From the NCBI GenBank assembly GCA_048887065.1, contig JBHLKC010000001.1, positions 1,264 to 65,263 on the forward strand: a DNA stretch of 64,000 nucleotides, read 5' to 3'. Each line of letters starts with the position of its first letter. Position 1 is the stretch's first letter. This document shows positions 29,057 to 38,966 of this stretch, piece by piece. The notes under the pieces are model-generated. The model was not told where the DNA came from, ran no database searches, and saw nothing but the letters and a program-made list of their open reading frames with translations. The translations under genes were made by a program, and so were the position numbers. This DNA comes from Candidatus Hodarchaeota archaeon. GTDB taxonomy: Archaea; Asgardarchaeota; Heimdallarchaeia; Hodarchaeales; Hodarchaeaceae.

Positions 29057-30724
29057 GTGAGACAAAAGGACTATTTAATCATCTTATTGCCAAATATTTT
29101 CTCTTGGTTGTTAGCTTCTCTTCTTCTTCTAATTTACTCATTTGATATAATAGAATTTGTTGAATCGTCACCCAAAAACCCTTTTGCAGGATGGGGAGTT
29201 CTCATCTTGGGTATTATTCTTATTATCGTGATCTTAGTATTGTACTTTACTGGTGTTCTTCTCGATCAAAAACCTGTTTATCTAAGAACTTTAACCTTTT
29301 TAGGAGTACTGGGGAGTTCTATCATGGTTATATTATTTGTTGTATTGATTAAAACTATCTTTGTGGTAATTACATTGGCAGGTTTAGCCTTATTCTTCGG
29401 TCTATTGTTAACAAGTAGTGGGACTTTATTTGCAGGATTAACAGATATGTGGAAGCGAGGGAGAACATACTCCTATATAATATTCATATTTATCTTTTTC
29501 TCCATGATTAGCATCCTTTTGGGAGGTGTGATTTCTCATCAAGCTCAGCAATCTGATCCACAAAGGGTGAATCCATTAAGCTATAGTTGGATGAGTATTC
29601 TACCTGGAATCGGGGTTTTTGGCGTTTTCATTGCTATAATATTCCTTTTTGTAACACGAAACATGGGAGTTCCATGGGTTCCAGATGCATGGCCTACAAA
29701 ATTCAAGAAAATTGTTGAACGTAGATCTGTTCGTGCATACTTAATTACTCACTTTTTTATTTACTTGATGCTTGGTATTGTAATTGCAGCATTTCCCAAA
29801 ATCGGAGAAACTTTTGAGATTTTGAAGGATTTCTCATTTACGATAAATATTCCGAATTTAGGGATGTTTGATCCCCCTCTTGATAAATTATGGTGGTTTA
29901 TTGTTTTAGTTGGTGATTTAATAGGTATAATTCCAGCTGGCTATTATGCTGATCGTAATGGTAGGAAAAATTCGATAATAACTGCAATCTATGGAATAGT
30001 TTTTGCAGCATTAATATTTGGTCTTGAGAAAAGCCCTGAGAGTTTTTTTATCGCTGCTTTTGTAATTGGTGTATCTTTCGCTTTACTCCACTCCACTCTT
30101 GACTCTTCCTTATGGGCTGACTTATCTCCTCGTGATGGTTTAGGCCGTTATTATGCTTTAGGCTTCATTTCGCTTGCATTAGGCCTAGGAGTAGGATCAG
30201 GGTTAGGTCATTGGGTACTTAATAATGTCGAAATCATTACTTACATTTTAATCATATTGGCGATCATTTCTGCTTTTCCTCTCTTTTGGGTATCTGATAG
30301 TTATAAGCCCCTAGATTTTTCATTGTTGTTAGTTATCGAAGAAGGTGGATTACCAATATTCGATTATTCATTCCATAAGAAATTGGATGTATCTGTTGAA
30401 TTAACTTTATTATCAGGAGCTTTGACTGCAGTTAGCTCATTTATGAGTGAAACACTAAAAGAAAAAGGAGAATTAAATCTCGTAAGACATGGAAGTCATT
30501 TTATCTTAACTGATAGAGTTGGTGGTATCGCAGCTGCGGTTTTTAGTAATAAACAGGATCCAGAACTTCGGAAATCTCTGCGTGAATTTTTAGAACTTTT
30601 TTGTATTAAATTTTCTAATGAGCTCAAAACTTGGAATGGAGCACGAACTGTATTTGATGATGCTGTTGAACTAGCAGAGGAAGTATTCGGACATCTTGCT
30701 CCATCTACCAACCTTGAGGATTAA
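29057..30724 (+). CDS. paralog of 27257-28903: MFS-like membrane protein with C-terminal roadblock/longin-like domain
   Basis: 555 aa with the same architecture. Motif A YADRNGRKNSIITA, shared WADLSPxDxLGRYYALGFISL segment, C-terminal LPIFDYSFHKK..LTLLSGALTAVSSF..LNLVRHGSHFILTDRV..IAAAVFSNKQDP..LREFLELFCIKFSNEL. Confidence 0.6.
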   Translation: MRQKDYLIILLPNIFSWLLASLLLLIYSFDIIEFVESSPKNPFAGWGVLILGIILIIVILVLYFTGVLLDQKPVYLRTLTFLGVLGSSIMVILFVVLIKTIFVVITLAGLALFFGLLLTSSGTLFAGLTDMWKRGRTYSYIIFIFIFFSMISILLGGVISHQAQQSDPQRVNPLSYSWMSILPGIGVFGVFIAIIFLFVTRNMGVPWVPDAWPTKFKKIVERRSVRAYLITHFFIYLMLGIVIAAFPKIGETFEILKDFSFTINIPNLGMFDPPLDKLWWFIVLVGDLIGIIPAGYYADRNGRKNSIITAIYGIVFAALIFGLEKSPESFFIAAFVIGVSFALLHSTLDSSLWADLSPRDGLGRYYALGFISLALGLGVGSGLGHWVLNNVEIITYILIILAIISAFPLFWVSDSYKPLDFSLLLVIEEGGLPIFDYSFHKKLDVSVELTLLSGALTAVSSFMSETLKEKGELNLVRHGSHFILTDRVGGIAAAVFSNKQDPELRKSLREFLELFCIKFSNELKTWNGARTVFDDAVELAEEVFGHLAPSTNLED

Positions 30725-30795
30725 ATGATTGATATTATCTATTGGGAAGGATCTAATGATCCCTGTTTTTCATATAAATTCAAAAAGAGAAAGGT

Positions 30796-31476
30796 GTGAA
30801 AATTTTGGTTTTATGGATAGTTTTTCAGCTTATATTGCTAGCAGCAGTGTTGTTTGTTGGTGTATACTATTTCGAATTTTTTTATAATGGCTTTGCGATG
30901 AAAAATTTGTTCATATCATTATTTTTCTCAATTTCTTTGACATTATTCACATTTCTATTCTTTCTAACTTGTTTACATAAATTGGCAAGAATGCTGATGA
31001 AAAATGAGGAAGGGATTCTAACTGGAAGGGATAGAGTACTGTGGGGGATAACCATGACAAGTGCTGATACAGCATATTATTTAGTCAATAAATTGTTTAT
31101 AAATCAAATTTTTCCAGCGTTGTTCTACAAGTTATTTGGAGCGAAGTTTGGTAAAAGAGTCGCGATTTTTACTAGATTGTGGGACGTTGATTTAATGGAA
31201 ATTGGAGACGACACGTCAGTGGGTACAAACTGCATTATAGGAGCCCATGCTATTTCACAAGGGGAATTATTCCGCAAACGGATAAAAATCGGCAAGAATT
31301 GTACTATTGGAGCTGGAACAATTATATTGCCTGGTGTAACTATAGAAGATAATGTGATTGTAGCAAGTAATTCTGTTATACCATCCAATCGTGTTTTAAG
31401 AGCAAACTCAATTTACGCAGGAAGCCCAGTGAAACGGATAAAAGATTGGAATGGTGAAAGCGTGTGGGAATCTTAA
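30796..31476 (+). CDS. membrane-anchored hexapeptide-repeat (left-handed beta-helix) transferase-like protein, paralog of 22427-23158
   Basis: 226 aa. Two N-terminal TM helices, then IGDDTSVGTNCIIGAHA ... IGKNCTIGAGTIILPGVTIEDNVIVASNSVI, with a C-terminal SIYAGSPVKRIKD tail matching TVYAGSPARYIRD of the paralog. Confidence 0.6.
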   Translation: MKILVLWIVFQLILLAAVLFVGVYYFEFFYNGFAMKNLFISLFFSISLTLFTFLFFLTCLHKLARMLMKNEEGILTGRDRVLWGITMTSADTAYYLVNKLFINQIFPALFYKLFGAKFGKRVAIFTRLWDVDLMEIGDDTSVGTNCIIGAHAISQGELFRKRIKIGKNCTIGAGTIILPGVTIEDNVIVASNSVIPSNRVLRANSIYAGSPVKRIKDWNGESVWES

Positions 31477-31496
31477 GTAAAAACATTAGCGAAACC

Positions 31497-32681
31497 TTAT
31501 TTCTTACTTAATGATTTGATTGTGTTTAAAGTTATTTCAATTTCTTCTTCAGAATTATAGCAATGTGGTGATAACCGTAAACCTCCTTCCCGGTAAGCAA
31601 TCACAATCGGTATTGGTAGATTCCTCAATTTTGTTACAATTTCACTATCTGAATGACATGAAAAGTTAACTATTCCACTTCGACACTTGTTGTCTTCGAT
31701 TGGAGTGTTCAAATGAAAAGAACTTTCATTCTGCACAAATTCAATAATTGAATCAGTTAATTTCGTAATTTGTTTAAAGATGTTATCAATTCCTATATTA
31801 TCTAAGAATTCTACAGCTTTAGAAATAAGTTGAGCTGTATAATCTAAGGATGCTTGAAATCTTTTGGCTCCAGGGGCTGGATAGTAATTATGATGAGATA
31901 GATTTAGAGGATCAACATCTGAAATAGATCCAATAAAGCTAGGATTGAGATCTTCAGCTAATTCTCTTTTAATGTAAATGAATCCCGTCCCTAAAGGCCC
32001 TAAAAGCCATTTGTATCCCCCTGTAGCTAAATAATCAATAGCTTGGGTTTGAACATTAAGTGGTATTGCTCCAAGGGACTGGATCGCGTCAACTATTAGT
32101 TGAACATCGTTTTCCTGGCATATTTTTGATAATTCTTCCAGATCTATACGAAATCCATTACTAAATTGGACATGGGATATCGCAACTAAACGAGTTGGTT
32201 TTTTGATATTTTCGGTGAAATTTTCCATTAAAAGTCTTCCCTGGACATTATGAATAATCTCAAGGTCTAAATGCCATTTTTTTGCTAATACTTGGTACGT
32301 ATATGAATTAGAAGTATATTCTAAGTCATTTAGGATAATTCTATCTCCCTTCTTCCAATTAATACCCTCTGCGATAGCGGCAAGACCGTAAGAGGTGTTG
32401 TACGTAAAAGCAATTTCCTCTTCGGGGTATCGTGCATTTATGAATTTGCCAATTATTTTACGATCCTGATCAAGTTGATCTAACATCTCACTCAGAGAAA
32501 GAGAGTATAATTCACCATACATTTTGTGTTGGATTAATAACTTCTTACATTCTTCGATAACAGGAGTAGGACTGGGGCCAGTAGCTGCATGGTTCAAATA
32601 AATAGCTTGATTCGTTACAGGAAATTCTTCTCTTAATTTTCGAAGATTCATAATGATCCAAATCCATAATATTGAGTTCAT
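31497..32681 (-). CDS. class-V aminotransferase fold PLP enzyme (cysteine desulfurase/SufS-like)
   Basis: 394 aa. LNHAATGPSP N-terminus and GGYKWLLGPLGTGFIY PLP-lysine region (K in GGYKW). Confidence 0.7.
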   Translation of the reverse strand: MNSILWIWIIMNLRKLREEFPVTNQAIYLNHAATGPSPTPVIEECKKLLIQHKMYGELYSLSLSEMLDQLDQDRKIIGKFINARYPEEEIAFTYNTSYGLAAIAEGINWKKGDRIILNDLEYTSNSYTYQVLAKKWHLDLEIIHNVQGRLLMENFTENIKKPTRLVAISHVQFSNGFRIDLEELSKICQENDVQLIVDAIQSLGAIPLNVQTQAIDYLATGGYKWLLGPLGTGFIYIKRELAEDLNPSFIGSISDVDPLNLSHHNYYPAPGAKRFQASLDYTAQLISKAVEFLDNIGIDNIFKQITKLTDSIIEFVQNESSFHLNTPIEDNKCRSGIVNFSCHSDSEIVTKLRNLPIPIVIAYREGGLRLSPHCYNSEEEIEITLNTIKSLSKK

Positions 32682-32770
32682 ATAAAATAAGCTAGATTCG
32701 CATTTTCATTCAAATAGATTGAATTCATATAAACTAGTATGATTTCAATCTTTTTTTCTGATCTGAATGA

Positions 32771-34654
32771 CTATAATCTCTCATTCTTTGACCTTTTATT
32801 TGTTGGATGAGAGCTCATGAGTTTCAATAAATCATTCAGATAGTCAATAACTTCTTTTATAGGCCGTGGATGTGGAATTTCACCATTTCCCGAAGAAATT
32901 ATTACATTTTGTAGTTCTTTATGAGACTGCATTACTTGAAGTATTTCTAATTGTTTTTGTGCTCGATTTTCAAGTGTTGAATAATTGTGTTCCTTGGCGT
33001 GTTTTATCACGTATTTGAACCGTTCTGCTGCTCTACCATATTTATTCTTATACATCTCTATAATTCCAAGAATTAAGTCAACTTCACATAAAATAAGAAC
33101 TGATGATTTTGCTGCTAATCTTAGATCAGTCAAAAATAACTCTGCCTTATCCAAAAATTCAGAATTATCAGTATTTAAGAAGAATTCCAGATTAACTTTT
33201 GTCATTCCTAATAAAGTTTGAGCTTCCACTTCGAAGGATTCACTGTATTCTAGAGCCTGAGAAAAATCGTTTTGGGCGTCATCAAGGCGTTTTTGATTCA
33301 TGGCGATTTTACCTAAAGTATTATAATATCTACCCATATCTAAACGTTTTTGGTTCCTCCAAATCTGTTCTTTTGCTCTTATTATGAGTTTATTGATTTC
33401 ATCAAAATAATCTTTCTCCAATCGAGAGAGTAGTTCGGCATAGGCTAGCAGTACAATAGCAGGTGGTTGAGTGATATTTTCAAATGTAGCTATACTCTTT
33501 TGGTACCAATTTTTAGCCTTGTCTAGATTTCCCTGATTGGATTCAAGCCAAGCCATTGCACCATATGTATACCCCAACCCATTATCGTCATTTTCTTTTT
33601 GGTTAAGATCTTTGCTATATTCATAATGCTCCATTGCCTTAATATTGTCACCTATTAGAGTATAGATCATTCCTAGAGTATTATGAGTATAAGCTTCCTG
33701 CCACACATCATTAACAACAGTCTTGTTGATCATAATTGCTTCATTTAAATACCGAATAGCGTCATTATATTCTCCAATGAATCGTAAGGTGGATCCTAAT
33801 CTGTTTAAAATGAATATTCTAGCTTTTGGTAAGTCAGGGACTAGTTTTAAACAATCTAAAAGAAGATCCTTTGCACGTGTATAGTCACCAAACGGAGTTA
33901 CTAACATTGTAGCTAGGTTAAATTTCAGTGAATAGAGGATTTTTTCATTTGAAGGCTCACATAGGTTGATACTCTTTTTCATATGGTTTATGAATTGAGA
34001 ATGGTTATTCTGGTTTCTAGCTATTCTAGCCCAAGCAAATTCATACAAAATTAAGTGTAAATTTTTAGAAATTTCGCTTTTAATGCTTAATAATGCTTGT
34101 ATCACGATTTCTTCCCATGGAGACTTCTTCGCAAGATGAGTAATTGTCCAGATAAAATCTATAACTGTATTCCAATTATTTTGAGTAAGTTTTTGAAAAT
34201 TTTCAGTTACTCCATGCTTGAGTACTTTCTGAAAATCTTCTCTTTGCTGTAAATAATAAAAACAAAAGAGGATCCTAGAGTAAAAGTAATTTCGTCTTAT
34301 CAAATCATCAGTAGTAAATTCCAACGCTTTGTGAAATAATGGAAAAGCTTCAGAATACTTCTTCTTGAAATAAAAAATCGTCCCTAGTTTTCCATATGCT
34401 CTTCCCCGCTGAATAGAAGATAATTCAATCCTCTTTGATAATTCAATTGCTTTTTCAAGAAGATTTTCTGCTTTTGCGTATTCTTTTTTATGCCTCTCGA
34501 CTTCACTCGATATTAATAATAGCCAATATTCTTTAGTAATTGACTCCTCGTTTTTCTTAACTTGCTTTACTAGGAATTCTTCAGCTTCTTCGATCTTTCG
34601 TTCTGAGAGAAGTCTTCGAACTTCGAAGTAATCATTTTCTGACATTCGTGACAT
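32771..34654 (-). CDS. TPR-repeat protein
   Basis: 627 aa with many 34-aa TPR-like repeats (W/LG/Y, A/F/Y, A/P patterning, e.g. AYTHNTLGMIYTLIGDNIKAMEHYEYS). Confidence 0.7.
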   Translation of the reverse strand: MSRMSENDYFEVRRLLSERKIEEAEEFLVKQVKKNEESITKEYWLLLISSEVERHKKEYAKAENLLEKAIELSKRIELSSIQRGRAYGKLGTIFYFKKKYSEAFPLFHKALEFTTDDLIRRNYFYSRILFCFYYLQQREDFQKVLKHGVTENFQKLTQNNWNTVIDFIWTITHLAKKSPWEEIVIQALLSIKSEISKNLHLILYEFAWARIARNQNNHSQFINHMKKSINLCEPSNEKILYSLKFNLATMLVTPFGDYTRAKDLLLDCLKLVPDLPKARIFILNRLGSTLRFIGEYNDAIRYLNEAIMINKTVVNDVWQEAYTHNTLGMIYTLIGDNIKAMEHYEYSKDLNQKENDDNGLGYTYGAMAWLESNQGNLDKAKNWYQKSIATFENITQPPAIVLLAYAELLSRLEKDYFDEINKLIIRAKEQIWRNQKRLDMGRYYNTLGKIAMNQKRLDDAQNDFSQALEYSESFEVEAQTLLGMTKVNLEFFLNTDNSEFLDKAELFLTDLRLAAKSSVLILCEVDLILGIIEMYKNKYGRAAERFKYVIKHAKEHNYSTLENRAQKQLEILQVMQSHKELQNVIISSGNGEIPHPRPIKEVIDYLNDLLKLMSSHPTNKRSKNERL

Positions 34655-34906
34655 TTCTCCAGAGAGAGAAGGTAGAAATTAATGAAATCGTTTAATGATT
34701 CCACTTTTTTTAATAGCTTAATACTGATTTATATAGTCTATTCTGATAAATTAAAGAATTAATGCCTTTATCTTTTTCATGAAGCTATTAGCTCAACGAC
34801 AATCGGAAAAATTTAGCATTATCTGAATGAGATATTATTAAACCAAGTTACATATGAAAAATAAAATATTTTATCGATTAAATGCAACTTACGACAAATA
34901 ACTCTT

Positions 34907-35824
34907 TTATGAGGATATTATCTGTGCAACAAGCCTACAAGCAGGGCATTCAGGTTCTATTGAATATGAATTACACTTTATACATCTTTGAACCTTTTTT
35001 ATTCTGGTATTTATAATCTTAGACTTATTCACTGAAGATAAAATATTGTAGAAGACATAAGGGGTCTTTTTCTCAACTTTGGATAGAAAAAAGTTAATTT
35101 GGTAACGTAGAGAACGATTTGAAAAAGGACATTGAATTGATACAACTCCTAGGTCATGGATGGAACAATATGTTCTAATCTTTTGCTCAATGACTCTTGA
35201 TAATGGTTTTATTCGCTGAGGTATGTACTTTCCATCAGAAGCTTGATAATTGACCTGATGACGTAAATTTTTCTCTGGTTGGCCTCGTAAAATGTTCAAT
35301 AAGAGCGTTTCAGCTTCATCATTAAGAGTGGTACCCATAATCACGAAGTTCACAGGATTTTTCAATGAAAGCCTCAAGATTGCATGTCGACGTAAAATTC
35401 CACATATTGCACATGGAGTGAATCGTAAGCCCTTATTGTCAGACAATTGTACTAAATTTGGCAATGTTTGACCAAATAGATCAAAATATGACTTTTCTAT
35501 AAATATAATTTTTGAGTAACTTTTCTTAAATTCATTAATTACCTTCTGACGTTCATCTTGAATTTCTGGAATTCCCTCCTCAAGTACAAATGCATATAAT
35601 TGCGGAATTCTTAGTTTTCGTTGATATTTATTTAGAATGTGAAGTAATGTTGAGCTATCCTTCCCTCCCGATAAGGAAATCGCAATGGGGTAGCCTCGTA
35701 TACTTCTTGGTATGTGTTTGAGGACCTCCTTTTCAAATTTTAGAGTAAAACATTTAGAACAGAGAGATTGCGGTAAAAGAGGATAAGAGAATTTGCCATG
35801 ATGGCCACATATGCATTGACTCAT
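34907..35824 (-). CDS. PP-loop ATPase for tRNA 2-thiolation (NcsA/Ctu1/TtuA-like) with N- and C-terminal Zn fingers
   Basis: PP-loop SLSGGKDSSTLLHIL, N-terminal CxCx..C..C cluster, C-terminal CIKCNSYSIEPECPACRL. Confidence 0.75.
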   Translation of the reverse strand: MSQCICGHHGKFSYPLLPQSLCSKCFTLKFEKEVLKHIPRSIRGYPIAISLSGGKDSSTLLHILNKYQRKLRIPQLYAFVLEEGIPEIQDERQKVINEFKKSYSKIIFIEKSYFDLFGQTLPNLVQLSDNKGLRFTPCAICGILRRHAILRLSLKNPVNFVIMGTTLNDEAETLLLNILRGQPEKNLRHQVNYQASDGKYIPQRIKPLSRVIEQKIRTYCSIHDLGVVSIQCPFSNRSLRYQINFFLSKVEKKTPYVFYNILSSVNKSKIINTRIKKVQRCIKCNSYSIEPECPACRLVAQIISS

Positions 35825-36103
35825 TCGGTCTCATCTAGGAGAATCAGTTGCCAGTTATCATCACTTCCAAACGAAGAAACGTAAGGATCGAGCCGGTAAA
35901 ACCGTCATCATTGCATGTTTATATTTCGTCGAAGTTTTTTTTTACATTTCTATTTGATGAAAAGTCCTAAGAAAATTTAAGTTCCGTAACAACAAGAAGA
36001 AATATAGAAATTGAATTATTATAAAAACTGCCAAACACACATTAGAGATATATTTTTCAAAGATTTTTAGTAATAATCCGATTAGAGAGGATGTGCTAAT
36101 CTG

Positions 36104-36922
36104 TTGTTTCCAAAACATGAACTTGATCTAGGTAAAAAACCCTTGATAGGAATGGTTCATCTTCCTTCTCTCTATAATCCTAAAAAAATTCCAGTTTCAA
36201 TTGATGAAGCATTTAATATCTCTTTTCAAGATGCAATTATTTTAGAAAAAGCTGGATTCGACGCTATTTTGATAGAAAACTTTCATGATACTCCTTACTC
36301 GAAATATAGATTGGATGATACTCGATTTCTGATAATGAACTTGGTGGTAAGTAAGATTTTATCAAGAATCAGTATTCCTTGTGGTATCAATATTTTAAGA
36401 AATGCATGTGTTCAAGCTCTTGTAATGGCGACAGTTAATCAGGCAAGTTTTATACGTTGTAACATTTATGAAGGTGCCTATGTGACCGATCAAGGAATAA
36501 TCGAAGGCGTTGCAGCACAAGTTAGGAAAAGATACAGAGAATTAGGGTCGAAAATTAAGATACTAGTTGATATACATGTCAAACATGCGACACCGCTTGG
36601 TGATTTTTCGATTACTGAAGCAGCAACTAATGCTACACGTCGTGGGGAAGCTGATGCTATAATCATATCTGGAAGGGAAACTGGAAAACTCATTGATAGT
36701 ATAAAGCTAGAAAATTTTGTTAATGCAAGCAAAATTCGGCCAATCCTCGGAAGCGGTCTATCAAAAGAGAATATTACCAAAGTTTTTCCATATATATCTG
36801 GTGCGATAGTAGGTACATCACTCAAAGCTAGTGATCTTAATTCTCCAATAGATTCCGATAAAGCTTCTCAATTGAGTGCTCTCTGGGATACCGAGAGGAA
36901 AAAAGAATTTAGCAATTGCTGA
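36104..36922 (+). CDS. BtpA/SgcQ family TIM-barrel protein
   Basis: 272 aa. LIGMVHL, GFDAILIENFHD and PCGINILRN...ASFIRCNIYEGAY follow the BtpA/SgcQ pattern. Confidence 0.7.
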   Translation: MFPKHELDLGKKPLIGMVHLPSLYNPKKIPVSIDEAFNISFQDAIILEKAGFDAILIENFHDTPYSKYRLDDTRFLIMNLVVSKILSRISIPCGINILRNACVQALVMATVNQASFIRCNIYEGAYVTDQGIIEGVAAQVRKRYRELGSKIKILVDIHVKHATPLGDFSITEAATNATRRGEADAIIISGRETGKLIDSIKLENFVNASKIRPILGSGLSKENITKVFPYISGAIVGTSLKASDLNSPIDSDKASQLSALWDTERKKEFSNC

Positions 36923-37075
36923 AGCTTTCTAGAATGTTTAACAGGATCTAAGTATTTATTCTCAATAATCCTAGTGGATAATTTTAATTTGAATAAAAAA
37001 CATCATTAAGTTACAGAAAACGAAGAAGAATGGTTAAATAAAGAAAAGAAGCCGTATAATAATGAGAGTGAACTA

Positions 37076-37924
37076 ATGCTTTTTCAAGAACCAATAGTAA
37101 CTTTCGCTGATGTTATTATCGCTCTGATATTAACTAGTTTTGCTGGATTTGCTACGACAATTGGTGCTGCAACTGCTTTTATAACAAAAAAACCGTCTAT
37201 CCGTGTTCTTGCAATAGGATTAGGGTTTTCTGGTGGTGTAATGCTAGCAGTTTCGTTCGTTGAACTCCTTCCAAGTGCTCTTGATGAGTTTGCTAGTACT
37301 GGGTTGTCAGAAGGAGAATCATTTTTCTGGGGTAATTTTTGGTTCTTTGTTGGAATTTTCTTCATTTTTGCCATTGATGTTCTGATTCCCCACATTTACA
37401 AGGAAGAAGATAGTGGACACCAGCATTCTCATGAATTATCATATGATAGTGCTGATAAACAAATTTCCAAGGCCAATCTGCGAAAATTGGGATTGTTGAC
37501 AGCCTTAGGTATAGCTGTGCATAATTTTCCTGAAGGATTAGTTACATTCACAAGTAGTTTAAAATCTGTGGAGTTAGGTGTTGTATTGGCTATTGCTGTT
37601 GGTTTACACAACATACCAGAAGGACTTTCTGTTAGCATCCCTATTGTAACAGCTACAGGTGATAAATGGTATGCATTTCGTCTTGGACTTCTTTCTGGAA
37701 TTGCAGAACCTGTAGGTGCTTTACTAGCAGCTATAATTTTGTACCCATTTTTATCATCTAGCATTATTGGAGCTTCATTAGCCTTTGTCGCTGGTATAAT
37801 GGTTTTTATTTCATTTGATGAATTATTACCAGCTGCCAAATCAGCAGATGATTCCCATCTAGTCACTATAGGGGTTATCGGTGGAATGATTGTTATGGTT
37901 TTTACTCTATGGATGTTTACTTAA
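37076..37924 (+). CDS. ZIP-family divalent metal (Zn/Fe) transporter
   Basis: Two HNxPEG signature helices (VHNFPEGLV, LHNIPEGLSV), His-rich loop HQHSHE. 282 aa. Confidence 0.85.
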   Translation: MLFQEPIVTFADVIIALILTSFAGFATTIGAATAFITKKPSIRVLAIGLGFSGGVMLAVSFVELLPSALDEFASTGLSEGESFFWGNFWFFVGIFFIFAIDVLIPHIYKEEDSGHQHSHELSYDSADKQISKANLRKLGLLTALGIAVHNFPEGLVTFTSSLKSVELGVVLAIAVGLHNIPEGLSVSIPIVTATGDKWYAFRLGLLSGIAEPVGALLAAIILYPFLSSSIIGASLAFVAGIMVFISFDELLPAAKSADDSHLVTIGVIGGMIVMVFTLWMFT

Positions 37925-38314
37925 TATCTGTGAATTTAACCCTTAGTTTCTTGAAATTTTCAGAATTTCACCAAATTTTCATTACTTCTTACTGGAATCG
38001 CAGCTAAATTATTTTAAATGAAAAATTAACTATTGTAAATCGTTCATTATATACCGCCGTAGATTGAGGAGAGCTTTACCTCTCTTCATCTCTACATTTC
38101 TAATGTAACTAATTTCTATTTTTCCTCCTAATTCTATTCCGAATTTCCACCAATCATTTTTTAGTGACCTATTTGTTCTACATTTAACTTTTCTTAGTTT
38201 TAATCTGATAATTCAACTGGTTTGCGTTTTATATCTCCGATTCGTGTGTAAATGAAAAAAAGATAGAGTTTAAACTTCTTGATATATCTAGCAAAGAATT
38301 AAATTCTTGAGTAT

Positions 38315-38896
38315 TTGGATACTGATATTGCAGGTGAGACTGACTTGTTTGATTTATCGAAGATAGAGATAGCAGATGATGCAGGTAACGAAATTCGTGA
38401 GATGATAGTTCCGATCCCGTTTTATATTCGGGTTAAATTAGAAGAAGGAATGACTAGATACAGAGTTAGGCTTATTGATGATGAGAGCAAGATAAGGGGG
38501 CATTATATTGGAAAAACTATGCGTCAATTTCTTGAATTACATGTTCCCCTAATTAAACTTCCAAAACCAGGCAAATTAAGAGTTGTTGTTGAGGAATCTT
38601 CCGATGAATCAGAAATTTCGCAAGAGTATCAAGTTTCAATTCTCTACCTTGATTATATTCCAGAAGAAGCTAAAAAAGATGTAAATATAGTGGATGAAGA
38701 AACTATACCTCCTGATTTACCTCAAGATGAAGTTGAATCCGCCACAAAGAGAAAAAAAATTCTTTCAGGGAATAATAGTGTTACAGATAGAGAAAAAGTC
38801 TCCTTTCAAGAGGAATTCAAATTACTAGCTGCAGTTAAAGAGGAGACTAAACTCCTAGGTAATAAACCTCAAGATTTTTCTACAGAGGAAGAATAA
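38315..38896 (+). CDS. hypothetical acidic protein (TTG start)
   Basis: 193-aa ORF rich in D/E. No motif recognised. Confidence 0.3.
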   Translation: MDTDIAGETDLFDLSKIEIADDAGNEIREMIVPIPFYIRVKLEEGMTRYRVRLIDDESKIRGHYIGKTMRQFLELHVPLIKLPKPGKLRVVVEESSDESEISQEYQVSILYLDYIPEEAKKDVNIVDEETIPPDLPQDEVESATKRKKILSGNNSVTDREKVSFQEEFKLLAAVKEETKLLGNKPQDFSTEEE

Positions 38897-38966
38897 ATCA
38901 ATGTTTAAGAAATAACTGAACCTTTTCCTCACCAAGTATGCTTAATTTACAATCCAAATTGAGAAA

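Noticed and set aside
37084-37866. Minus-strand ORFs 37084-37395 and 37429-37866 (103 and 145 aa)
   Set aside because: They lie entirely antisense to the well-supported ZIP transporter gene. They are Ala/Ser/Pro-rich, as shadow frames of a hydrophobic-protein gene typically are. The same applies to the other listed antisense ORFs inside longer genes (e.g. 668-910, 2409-2606, 3098-3721, 17379-17618, 18306-18518, 22497-22721, 23569-23865, 31125-31388, 36490-36825, 39236-39514, 42745-42984, 43924-44190, 49316-49740, 50104-50361, 55257-55487, 58143-58364, 59479-59715, 61205-61387).
38024-38040. 17-nt exact repeat aattaactattgtaaat also present at 48786-48802
   Set aside because: In a genome of about one third G+C, a single 17-mer match between two AT-rich spacers in 64 kb is within chance expectation. 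No flanking extension, inverted-repeat structure or target-site duplication is visible.
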